A DNA stretch of 32,000 nt from an uncultured Chloroflexia bacterium (GTDB lineage Bacteria > Chloroflexota > Ktedonobacteria > Ktedonobacterales > JADMIN01): the NCBI GenBank assembly GCA_963718915.1, contig CAVRAI010000004.1, forward strand, positions 810,001-842,000, given 5' to 3'. The notes beneath the pieces were generated by a model. The model did no database searches, was not told the DNA's origin, and saw nothing but the letters and a program-made list of their open reading frames with translations. Position numbers and translations under genes: made by a program. Of the stretch, positions 24,744 to 32,000 are shown one piece after another (positions within the stretch are counted from its first letter, which is position 1; every line of letters begins with the position of its first letter).

Positions 24744-26127
24744 ATGGCCGAAACGACCCAACTGCGCGTCTTTGTCAGCCATGCGACCGAGGATAGCGCC
24801 TTCTGCCATACCATCGTGGCGGCGCTGCGCGGGGCGGGCGCGGATGTCTGGTACGACGAGCACAACCTGGGCAGCGGGCGGCTGGCGGACGAGATCCTGC
24901 GCGAGCTGGGCAGCCGCCCGATCTTCGTGGTGATCCTCTCGCAGCACGCCTTCGCCTCGCGCTGGGTCAAGCGCGAGACCGACTGGGCCGAGGAACTGAA
25001 GGAGCGCGACCCCTCGCGCGCGCTGCTGCCGGTGACGGCGGGGACAATCGCGCGCGACGACTTCGGCACGGACAACGGCTGGCTGGCGTATTACAGCTAT
25101 AAGCGCGTCGAAGCGCCCAATTTCGCAGCCTTCCCGCCAGATGAGGGGGCGCGCCGTCTGCTGCATGCGCTCGGGCTGACCCCGGCAGGCGAGGCTCCCG
25201 CGCCCATTGCCCCGCAGCCGAGTGAGAGCGCCGACGATCTGCTGACCCGCGCCCGGGCGCTGATCGCGCAGAAGAAATACGCCGAGGCGCTGCCACTCTT
25301 GGAGCGCGCCACCCAACTCGCCCCCGGCTCGTTCGACGCCTGGGCCAACCTGGGACTTGCGCGCAACGAAATGGGCGGCATGGCGATGACCTGCAAGCCT
25401 ATGACCGCGCCCTTGCTCTCGACGACAAGCAGGCATGGGTCTGGAACAACAAGGGCAACGCGCTGCGCAATCTCAGGCGCACGAAGAGGCGTTGGTCGCC
25501 TACGACCGGGCGCTGGCCCTCGACCCGAATCTCACGCAGGCCTGGAACAACAAGGGCGCCGTACTCAACCGCCTGAAACGGTACGAGGAGGCGCTGACCG
25601 CCTACGACCTGGCGCTCACGACCAGCGACGCATGGTACAACAAGGGCCTCGCGCTCCGACTCCTGGGCGCGCCGAGGAGGCGCTGGCCGCCTACGACCGG
25701 GCGCTGGCGCTCGACCCGAACGACGCCGACACCTGGAACAACAAGGGTATCGCGCTGAAAGCTTTGAAGCGCTACGAGGAGGCGGTGGTCGCCTACGACC
25801 GGGCGCTGGCGCTTGACCCGAACTATGTGGGCGCCTGGTACAACAAGGCAATGCGCTTTACGGCCTAAACGGTACGAGGAGGCGCTGGCCGCTTATGACC
25901 GGGCGCTGGCGCTCGACCCGAACTTGCCGACGCCTGGGACAACAAGGGCATCGCGCTCCGCAATTTGGGCGGTACGAGGAGGCGCTGGCTGCCTATGATC
26001 GTGGGCTGGCGCTCAATTCCAGCAACGCGATTGACTGGAATAATAAGGCGATCGATGTCTGCGCGCGCTGGGGCGGACGGCTGAGGCGGAGGCGGCGGAG
26101 CAGCGAGCGAAGGCGCTCGGTGGGTAG
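24744..26127 (+). pseudogene. TIR-domain protein with C-terminal TPR array, interrupted by about eight 1-nt frame breaks
   Basis: - RBS AAGGAG and ATG at 24744.
- 24744-25372 is an intact frame with a TIR_2-like pattern (RVFVSHATEDS, DVWYDEHNL, ILSQHAFASRWVKRE).
- From 25373 the 34-aa TPR consensus (AYDRALALDPN..AWNNKG.AL..L.RYEEAL) continues across track ORFs 24567.., 25435.., 25813.. and 25895.. in rotating frames.
- The repaired reading ends at TAG 26125-27. Confidence 0.8.
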
Positions 26128-26135
26128 GCGACGGT

Positions 26136-26213
26136 TCTCTCCCCTAGCGCGCTTCTAGCCTTCGGCTCGCGCGGCTGCCCCCAAAAAGGGAGAGAGGCCA
26201 GAACCAGAGCCAG
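26136..26213 (-). repeat. family-1 hairpin repeat (reverse orientation) with an extra nested hairpin in its loop
   Basis: CTCTCCCCT...[agcgcgcttctAGCCttcGGCTcgcgcgg]...AGGGAGAGAGgccagaaccagagccagc. Confidence 0.65.
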
Positions 26214-26247
26214 CATGAGGCCCTGGTGGTGTCGGCGCTTGCCTTTG

Positions 26248-26296
26248 CCCCTACCTTTCCCTCCCCGCGCCGGGGAGGGGCCGGGGGAGAGGTCCG
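26248..26296 (+). repeat. family-1 hairpin repeat (forward orientation)
   Basis: CCCTCCCCgcgccGGGGAGGGgccgggggagaggtcc, just downstream of the ddl stop (26311) on the opposite strand. Confidence 0.8.
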
Positions 26297-26310
26297 GGGC
26301 TAACATCCGC

Positions 26311-27456
26311 TTACTCCTCGGGCGAATAGCTCGTGTGGTTGCGCTGCTTCTCGGCGTGACGCTCCAGCCCCAGCTGGATGAGCCGGTCGAGCAGTTGTGG
26401 ATAGGGAACGCCGCTCGCCTCCCACAGCTTGGGATACATGCTGATCTGCGTGAAGCCAGGCATCGTATTGACCTCGTTCAGATAGACCTGGCCGGAGTCC
26501 TTATCGAGGAAGAAGTCCACCCGCGCCAGGCCGGAGAGGTCGAGGGCGAGGAAGGCGTCCACCGCCATCTTGCGCAGCGTCGCCATCGTCACTTCCGGAA
26601 TCTCGGCGGGGATGTAGAGCCGCGAGGCATTGTCCACATATTTGGCGCGGTAGTCATAGAACTCGTTGCTGGGGACGATCTCGCCGACGACGCTGGCGAT
26701 TGGCTCGTCGTTGCCCAGCACGCCGCACTCCAGCTCGCGGCAGTTGATGGCGGGCTCGACGATGGCCTTCCGGTCGTATTTCAGCGCCTCCGCCACCACG
26801 CCCGGCAGTTCCTCCGCGTTGTGCGCCTTGCCCACGCCGACGCTCGACCCCATATTGGCGGGCTTGACGAAGACCGCGCCGGGGAATCGTCCGGCGATGC
26901 GCGCGCAGACGGCCGCTGGGTCGCGCTCGAACTCGACGCGGCGGATGGTGAGCCAGTCCACAATGGGCAGCCCGGCGGAGCGGAAGACCATCTTCGACGT
27001 GTCTTTATCCATGCCCAGCGCCGCGCCCAGCACGCCGCAGCCCGCGTAGGCGACATCCGCCATTTCCAGCAGCCCTTGCAGCGTGCCATCCTCGCCATAG
27101 GTGCCGTGCAGCACGGGGATGACGATATCGAGCGGGCGCTGCGGATGCTGCCCACCGCCCTCAGGGTCGTCATCGGGACTCTCGACGGGCACGAGGCCAC
27201 GGTTGGTCGGGTCGCCGGTCATGGTGACGGCGGTCGCCTGCCCATCCCGCACTGCGTCCTCCATCGTCGCGCCCTGCAGCAGCGCCTGCGGAGCAACCCC
27301 GGCCAGCCAGTGCCCCTCGGCGGTAATGCCAATCGGCACGACCTCATATTTCTCGGCGTCCAGCGCCTGCAGCACCGAGGCGGCTGAGGCAATCGAGACC
27401 TCGTGCTCGCCGGAGCGTCCGCCAAAGATGACTCCAACCCGCAGCTTCTCGCCCAT
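26311..27456 (-). CDS. ddl: D-alanine--D-alanine ligase
   Basis: KLRVGVIFGGRSGEHEVSIASA, the ATP-grasp core, and C-terminal LNEVNTMPGFT. The ATG at 27456 is preferred over the TTG at 27480. Confidence 0.95.
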   Translation of the reverse strand: MGEKLRVGVIFGGRSGEHEVSIASAASVLQALDAEKYEVVPIGITAEGHWLAGVAPQALLQGATMEDAVRDGQATAVTMTGDPTNRGLVPVESPDDDPEGGGQHPQRPLDIVIPVLHGTYGEDGTLQGLLEMADVAYAGCGVLGAALGMDKDTSKMVFRSAGLPIVDWLTIRRVEFERDPAAVCARIAGRFPGAVFVKPANMGSSVGVGKAHNAEELPGVVAEALKYDRKAIVEPAINCRELECGVLGNDEPIASVVGEIVPSNEFYDYRAKYVDNASRLYIPAEIPEVTMATLRKMAVDAFLALDLSGLARVDFFLDKDSGQVYLNEVNTMPGFTQISMYPKLWEASGVPYPQLLDRLIQLGLERHAEKQRNHTSYSPEE

Positions 27457-27536
27457 GATGTGTACTCTCTCTGTTCTCAAGATGTGGGATAGTCACGATA
27501 GTCGGCATTCGGCGCGAGGCGCTGGCGACTAAAGTC

Positions 27537-27667
27537 GCGCCTAGAGGTTGCTGCGCAACCGCAAAGCCCGCCTGCGCGGGCTGCCGCTGGCTCCCCTCCT
27601 TGCGCCTAGAGGTTGCTGCGCAACCGCAAAGCCCGCCTGCGCGGGCTGCCGCTGGCTCCCTTCCCTT
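27537..27667. repeat. 65-bp tandem repeat, two near-identical units (plus a diverged third unit at about 27681-27712)
   Basis: The unit is gcgcctagaGGTTGCtgcGCAACCgcaaAGCCCGCctgcGCGGGCTgccgctggctccc. Units start at 27537 and 27602, and the first about 60 nt are identical. Each unit contains two perfect hairpins. Confidence 0.9.
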
Positions 27668-27709
27668 ATAGCGGCGCCGTCAGGTTCGGAGAACCAAGCC
27701 CGCCTGCGG

Positions 27710-27748
27710 CCCCTCCCCTGAGAGGGGAGGGGGTAGGGGGAGAGGTCC
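27710..27748 (+). repeat. family-1 hairpin repeat (forward orientation)
   Basis: CCCCTCCCCTgagAGGGGAGGGGgtagggggagaggtcc, abutting the stop codon (27750) of the lipoate-ligase-family gene. Confidence 0.85.
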
Positions 27749-27749
27749 G

Positions 27750-28583
27750 TCATCCCACCACCACCTTCTCACACAGCCGCGCCTCCGCCGCCAGCAGTTC
27801 AGCCGCCGAGGGTTCCGCAGGTTCGAGTGTCAGGTTGAGCGCGTCGGCGAATCCACGCGCCATCGCCTCCGCCGCCTCATCGAAGCTGACCGTGCGCCCC
27901 AGCGCCGCGCTGATCGTCGTCGCGCGCGCGCGCAGATGTTCCGCCAGCGCCGCCCGTTCACCCTCATCCTCATAGGCGAGATAGGGGACCAGCCGCGCGA
28001 TGTCCCCCGTGAGCGGCAACGAGCCATGCTGGAGGACGCGCCCCGCGGGCCGCACCTGCGCGCTGCCAATCAGCTTCTGCCCACCCATGACGATCTCGTA
28101 GGCCGAGGGCATCTCAAAGCAGGCGGCGCTGGCGTTATGCACGCCGCCTGGCACGACGGGATTCATCTTCGGCGTCGCGCCGAGCAGCCGCAGTCCCGCC
28201 ATCAATCCCTGGCTCAGCTTACGATAGGCGTCCAGAATCGCGCCATCGGCGCGCGGGTCGTCGGGTCGGGTGACGATGCTATAGGTCAGCTCGTCGGTAT
28301 GCAGGATGGCGAAACCACCCGTCGCCCGGCGCACCACGTCGATGCCGTCGGCCCGGCAGCGCGCCAGGTCGATTCCGTCGAGGGGCTGACGCTTGCCCAG
28401 CGAGAGGCATGGCGGCTCCCAGGCGTAGAAGCGCAGGGTCGGCGGCGCGGAGCCCTCCGCCACCGCGTCCATGATCGCCTCGTCGAGCGCCATATTCCAC
28501 GCGCCCGTCCGTGGCCCGCGCTCGATCATGAGCCGCCACACCGCCTGATGATAGTTGCCCGTTGCTCCGCTGCTCTCTAGCAT
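27750..28583 (-). CDS. lipoate-protein ligase / octanoyltransferase family (BPL_LplA_LipB domain) protein
   Basis: NMALDEAI, LRFYAWEPPCLSLGKRQ, RRATGGFAILH, and GQKLIGSAQ with the conserved Lys. RBS GAGG. Confidence 0.85.
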   Translation of the reverse strand: MLESSGATGNYHQAVWRLMIERGPRTGAWNMALDEAIMDAVAEGSAPPTLRFYAWEPPCLSLGKRQPLDGIDLARCRADGIDVVRRATGGFAILHTDELTYSIVTRPDDPRADGAILDAYRKLSQGLMAGLRLLGATPKMNPVVPGGVHNASAACFEMPSAYEIVMGGQKLIGSAQVRPAGRVLQHGSLPLTGDIARLVPYLAYEDEGERAALAEHLRARATTISAALGRTVSFDEAAEAMARGFADALNLTLEPAEPSAAELLAAEARLCEKVVVG

Positions 28584-28851
28584 GCACGCCTCAGTTTCTC
28601 GCCACCTACCTGGCGTCTGCTTACCGCGCCTCTTCCATGCTCTGATAGTATCGCATAGGACGCCAGCACGCGCGAGAGGCGCCGCCTGCGTATCCCATCG
28701 CTACAACTCTGGCGCTCCCCGTCGCGTAGTTCATGGCGAGCATAAAAGGTGATGACTTTGCCGCCTGGCTGCCCATGATTCCCGGTTTCAATCGTACACT
28801 ATACTGTGCTGGCAATCTGTGCTTTTGCGCGGTCGGCAGGGGGCAACACGC

Positions 28852-29805
28852 ATGGGTCAGGACGCGCCGGTTCCGAATCACAGCAGAGTAAGAGTACAGG
28901 TAGAGGCCCGGTCCGCTGCTCCGGCAGACCCGTCGCGTCCGCTCCAGCCAACCCGTCGCCGTCCGCGCCGTCGTGGGCCGCGCTGGCTTATCTTGCTGCT
29001 CGGCTGCCTGCTCGGCATCCTGCTGCTGGCGCTCTTAGCCTGCGCGCTCGTCGGTGGCCTGGTGGTGGGCATCGCGCTCAAACTGGCCAACGAGGTCACC
29101 GCCACCACGACGACCACCCAGTCGTTCGTCGTCAACGACCTGCCGTCGCTCGATATCCACAACGCCTCGGGTCGCCTGCAGGTGCAGCCAGGGCCAGCGG
29201 GCGTCGTCAGCATGCAGATTACCAAAACCGCCCGCGATACATCACAGAGCGCCGCCCGCGCCGATCTCGACGGCATCGTAGTGACTAGCACCCAGCTGGG
29301 TGATAAGATAGCGATCGCCACCGAGTTCCCGGATGGCAGCGTCTTCGCCAGCTCCAGCAACGTCAACCTGCTGCTGACCGTGCCGCCCAACACCACCATC
29401 GCCGCCGATGTCACCACTGGAGACATCCAGATCAGCGGTGTTGGCGGGCTGCTGGAGGTTACTGGGGGAGTCGGCTCCATCACGTTGCAGGATGTGGCGC
29501 TCGCCGATGGCTCGCGCATTCATATGACGACCGGGTCCGTAACGATGCAGGGCGCGGTGCGGGCGAACGCTGCCATCGATATCTCGGTTAGCACGGGCAG
29601 CGTGAACATACAGTTGCCCGCGGATACCGCCACTCAGCTCGACGCCCACACCAATCTCGGCGCCATCCACGTCAGCGGCTGGCCGATGCAGACTACGCGC
29701 ATCAACAGCCTGGGCGCGGACGCGGAAGGACCGTTGGGCGCGCAGGCAGCGGGCGCCATTCACATTCGCGTCGATGCCGGCGACATCACCGTCAGCCAGA
29801 TGTAG
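28852..29805 (+). CDS. membrane-anchored DUF4097-like beta-strand repeat protein
   Basis: Basic N-terminus, a TM helix (WLILLLGCLLGILLLALLACALV), then repeated G-S/D-I/V strands (TGDIQISG, VGSITLQD, TGSVTMQG, TGSVNIQL, AGDITVSQ). The ATG at 28852 follows AGGGGG. The track ORF starts at GTG 28819. Confidence 0.7.
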   Translation: MGQDAPVPNHSRVRVQVEARSAAPADPSRPLQPTRRRPRRRGPRWLILLLGCLLGILLLALLACALVGGLVVGIALKLANEVTATTTTTQSFVVNDLPSLDIHNASGRLQVQPGPAGVVSMQITKTARDTSQSAARADLDGIVVTSTQLGDKIAIATEFPDGSVFASSSNVNLLLTVPPNTTIAADVTTGDIQISGVGGLLEVTGGVGSITLQDVALADGSRIHMTTGSVTMQGAVRANAAIDISVSTGSVNIQLPADTATQLDAHTNLGAIHVSGWPMQTTRINSLGADAEGPLGAQAAGAIHIRVDAGDITVSQM

Positions 29806-29837
29806 AGGGCGGCCCGGTATCCAACTCACGGTGCGCC

Positions 29838-29897
29838 GGTTCTGGCTCCCCTCTCCCACAGGAGAGGGGGCTGGAGGGGTGAGGTCTGGGTGAGGTC
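29838..29897 (+). repeat. family-1 hairpin repeat (forward orientation), tail duplicated
   Basis: ggttctggctCCCCTCTCCcacaGGAGAGGGGgctggaggggtgaggtc tgggtgaggtc, between convergent stops at 29805 and 29903. Confidence 0.85.
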
Positions 29898-29902
29898 GAT
29901 CC

Positions 29903-30307
29903 CTACGGTTGGCCCGTCATCAGCGCGCGGACGGCGGCGCCAACCACCGCGACCACCGCGATGACCATGATGATGATGTCACGCCGCACCTGATGCTGGT
30001 CGCTATAGACATACGCCACCGGAATCGCCAACAGGACGATGCCGCCGTAGACATAGTGCAGCCCCTCGCCGGGCCGGGCCCCTTGAAGCCAGACTAGCCC
30101 GCCCAGGATCGCCTGAAGCAGCCCAAACGCCGCCGTGATGGAGAGCAGGATGCGGAAGACGCGCAGCGGCATCCAGACGTCCCCCGGCTCCGAAGTGCGG
30201 CCGCGCGCCAACACCAGCACGACGATCCCCCAGATCAGCGTAATCCCGCCAGCGGCCAGAATCACTGGCGCCGTGTCCTCATGAATCTTGATGAGCGTTG
30301 TGAGCAC
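29903..30307 (-). CDS. hypothetical four-helix integral membrane protein
   Basis: 134 aa with four hydrophobic segments. GTG start preceded by GGAGG. No family recognised. Confidence 0.6.
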   Translation of the reverse strand: MLTTLIKIHEDTAPVILAAGGITLIWGIVVLVLARGRTSEPGDVWMPLRVFRILLSITAAFGLLQAILGGLVWLQGARPGEGLHYVYGGIVLLAIPVAYVYSDQHQVRRDIIIMVIAVVAVVGAAVRALMTGQP

Positions 30308-30519
30308 AGAAGCCTCCGCGGAAGAGCAGTCGTTACGTCGAACAAAACCGATGAGTTCTGCGTTGGACTATACCGTTCCTCGCGGTCTTCGGGCAACTGG
30401 TATGCGTCTCAGCTACGTCTCACACGCTTGAAGATAGGCGCCTGGAGGCGACAATAATGCCCTTCTCCACATGGGACGAAGGGCGATGGGTTTGTCGGTG
30501 AGACGAGATGCGCCATGGA

Positions 30520-30723
30520 CTAATGCGCGGCGGGCGCGGGATGTCCCTCGCGCATTCGCTCGCCAGCGGCGATCAGGGCATCGGCGACCGCCAGCAGCAT
30601 GCGCTCTGGCAGGGCTGGCTGGGACTCGCGGCCCTCCTGCATCATGCGGGCAAGCTCGGCCTTGCGATCCAGGTCGCGCTGCTGTTCGTGGGACGACTCG
30701 ATCAACAGATTGGGGTCAAACAT
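30520..30723 (-). CDS. hypothetical small protein (67 aa)
   Basis: The ATG at 30723 is preceded by GGAGGAG at good spacing. It lies downstream of a near-consensus promoter. The product is MFDPNLLIESSHEQQRDLDRKAELARMMQE..., with no recognisable family. Confidence 0.45.
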   Translation of the reverse strand: MFDPNLLIESSHEQQRDLDRKAELARMMQEGRESQPALPERMLLAVADALIAAGERMREGHPAPAAH

Positions 30724-30800
30724 GGGTAACTCCTCCGATATGGGCCGATCAGTCAACTCACTGACCGGGTAAACTGCCAACACATAACTGGGATACGAAG

Positions 30801-30829
30801 TATATACCATGACAAATTAATAAAGTCAA
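30801..30829 (-). promoter_or_regulatory. near-consensus promoter in the AT-rich island, driving the small minus-strand ORF
   Basis: The minus strand reads TTGACT (30829-24), a 17-nt spacer, then TGgTATATA (-10 at 30806-01, extended TG). Confidence 0.5.
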
Positions 30830-30942
30830 TAGTAAAATTGATTTTATTTCAACTTCACTTAACAATCATCCATCAGCCTCCGGCGCCGCGCTGGGGTAGA
30901 ATGCGTGTAGCGGAAACAGTGGCGATTTCAGGGGGTGTCCTC

Positions 30943-32000
30943 ATGGGTAGGCTCTCAAGGGCCATCGTGATCGTTCTCGATGGCGTCGGCGTTGGGCAGG
31001 CTCCCGATGCGGCGACCTATGGCGATGAGGGCGCGAACTGCCTGGTCAACTGCGCGCGGGCGGTGGGCGGGCTGGCGCTGCCAACGCTGGGTAGCCTTGG
31101 CCTTGGCAACCTGACGGAGATCGCTGGCACGCCGCCACAGTCGCCACTGGGCGCGTGCGGCCGCCTGATCGAGCGCTCGACGGGCAAGGATAGCACCACT
31201 GGCCACTGGGAGCTGATGGGCGTCATCCTTGACCAACCGCTGCCAACGTACCCCAACGGCTTCCCCTCGGCGCTGGTCGCGCGGTTCGAGGCCGCGATTG
31301 GCCGCCGCGTGCTCGGCAACAAGGCCGCCTCAGGCACAGAGATCATCGAAGAATTGGGCGCGGAGCACCTGCGCACTGGCTGGCCGATCCTCTACACATC
31401 CGCCGATAGCGTCTTCCAGCTTGCCGCGCACGAAGAGGTCATCACCACGCCTGACCTCTACCGCATGTGCGAGATCGCGCGTGGCCTGCTGACCGGCGAG
31501 GATGCGGTGGGACGTGTCATCGCCCGCCCCTTCACCGGAGTCCCCGGCTCCTTCGTGCGGACGCCACACCGCCGAGACTTCTCGCTGCCACCGCCTGCCC
31601 CGACCCTGCTCGATGCGCTCAAAGGCAGCGGGCGCGAGGTCGTCGGCATCGGCAAGATTGAGGATCTCTTCGCCGGGCACGGCCTCACCGCCAGCAATCA
31701 CACGGCCACCAACGCCGAGGCGCAGGCGGCGATGCTGGAGCAGCTTGCGCGGCCATTTGCCGGGCTGCTCTTCGTCAATCTGGTCGAGTGTGACCAGAAC
31801 TTTGGCCACCGCCGCAATCCATCGGGCTACGCCGAGGCGCTGCGGATGTTTGATGCCTGGCTGCCCTCTGCGCTGGCGCGGCTGGGAGACGGCGACGCGC
31901 TCTTCATCACCGGCGACCACGGCACCGATCCCACCTGGCGTGGTACTGACCACACGCGTGAGAGCGTGCCGCTCCTGGCCGTGGGCAGGCCCATCCGTGC
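30943..32000 (+). CDS. deoB: phosphopentomutase (5' partial; continues past window end)
   Basis: Read by hand, since it has no stop in the window and is absent from the ORF track. The sequence is MGRLSRAIVIVLDGVGVG...KDSTTGHWELMG...ILYTSADSVFQLAAHE...GKIEDLF...NLVECDQNFGHRRN...ITGDHGTDPT. The ATG at 30943 follows CAGGGGG. Confidence 0.9.
   Translation, partial: MGRLSRAIVIVLDGVGVGQAPDAATYGDEGANCLVNCARAVGGLALPTLGSLGLGNLTEIAGTPPQSPLGACGRLIERSTGKDSTTGHWELMGVILDQPLPTYPNGFPSALVARFEAAIGRRVLGNKAASGTEIIEELGAEHLRTGWPILYTSADSVFQLAAHEEVITTPDLYRMCEIARGLLTGEDAVGRVIARPFTGVPGSFVRTPHRRDFSLPPPAPTLLDALKGSGREVVGIGKIEDLFAGHGLTASNHTATNAEAQAAMLEQLARPFAGLLFVNLVECDQNFGHRRNPSGYAEALRMFDAWLPSALARLGDGDALFITGDHGTDPTWRGTDHTRESVPLLAVGRPIR

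Noticed and set aside
24363-25436. 357-aa minus-strand ORF overlapping the TIR gene and its upstream region
   Set aside because: It is Arg/Gly/Ala-rich with no domain-like pattern. It lies antisense to a well-supported TIR coding frame and runs through family-1 repeats. This is the typical shadow ORF of GC-rich DNA.
23633-26127. HD phosphohydrolase plus TIR-TPR as a two-gene defence system
   Set aside because: The genes are divergent and have separate promoters. The HD protein looks like the housekeeping YpgQ/YedJ type. Adjacency alone does not support a functional link.
26215-27387. 390-aa plus-strand ORF antisense to ddl
   Set aside because: ddl on the minus strand has unambiguous motifs. 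The plus-strand product is R/G/A/H-rich junk that begins inside a family-1 repeat.
10271-29897. Whether the recurring hairpin repeats constitute a CRISPR array
   Set aside because: The copies are kilobases apart and separated by genes. They occur in both orientations, have no regular spacer lengths, and no cas genes are present.
1-32000. Mobile genetic element, prophage or genomic-island boundaries (integrase, transposase, tRNA attachment site, long direct repeats)
   Set aside because: None found. Apart from the TIR-TPR locus the gene content is core metabolism and translation. The only compositional break is the short AT-rich promoter island.

Overview
GC-rich bacterial chromosomal segment, gene-dense and mostly housekeeping. 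Most genes are on the minus strand. No rRNA, tRNA, CRISPR array, transposase or integrase was recognised. Taxon cannot be assigned without a database search.

Gene order:
- amidohydrolase, MBL-fold hydrolase, ECF sigma factor
- acpP, nusB, asp23-like, fabD, rpmF (one minus-strand cluster)
- a disordered protein with a zinc-ribbon-like C-terminus
- class-V aminotransferase and serA
- yvcK-like gene
- pheT, hom, pheS, preceded by a Phe-specific T-box leader
- TrmH-family methyltransferase, rplT, rpmI
- CDP-alcohol phosphatidyltransferase, aldehyde dehydrogenase, a hypothetical membrane protein
- dipeptide epimerase, HD phosphohydrolase
- a frame-broken TIR-TPR gene
- ddl, lipoate-protein-ligase family, DUF4097-like, two small hypotheticals, 5' part of deoB

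Points worth a second look:
1. The only accessory-looking locus is a TIR-domain/TPR-array gene (24744-26127). It is readable only across about eight 1-nt deficits. It is either a recent pseudogene or a repeat-specific assembly artefact.
2. Homoserine dehydrogenase sits between pheS and pheT, downstream of the Phe T-box.
3. Two dispersed intergenic repeat families are unusually dense, and there are several short tandem duplications.

I do not see a convincing multi-gene novel system. All family assignments rest on motifs read by eye, not on searches.
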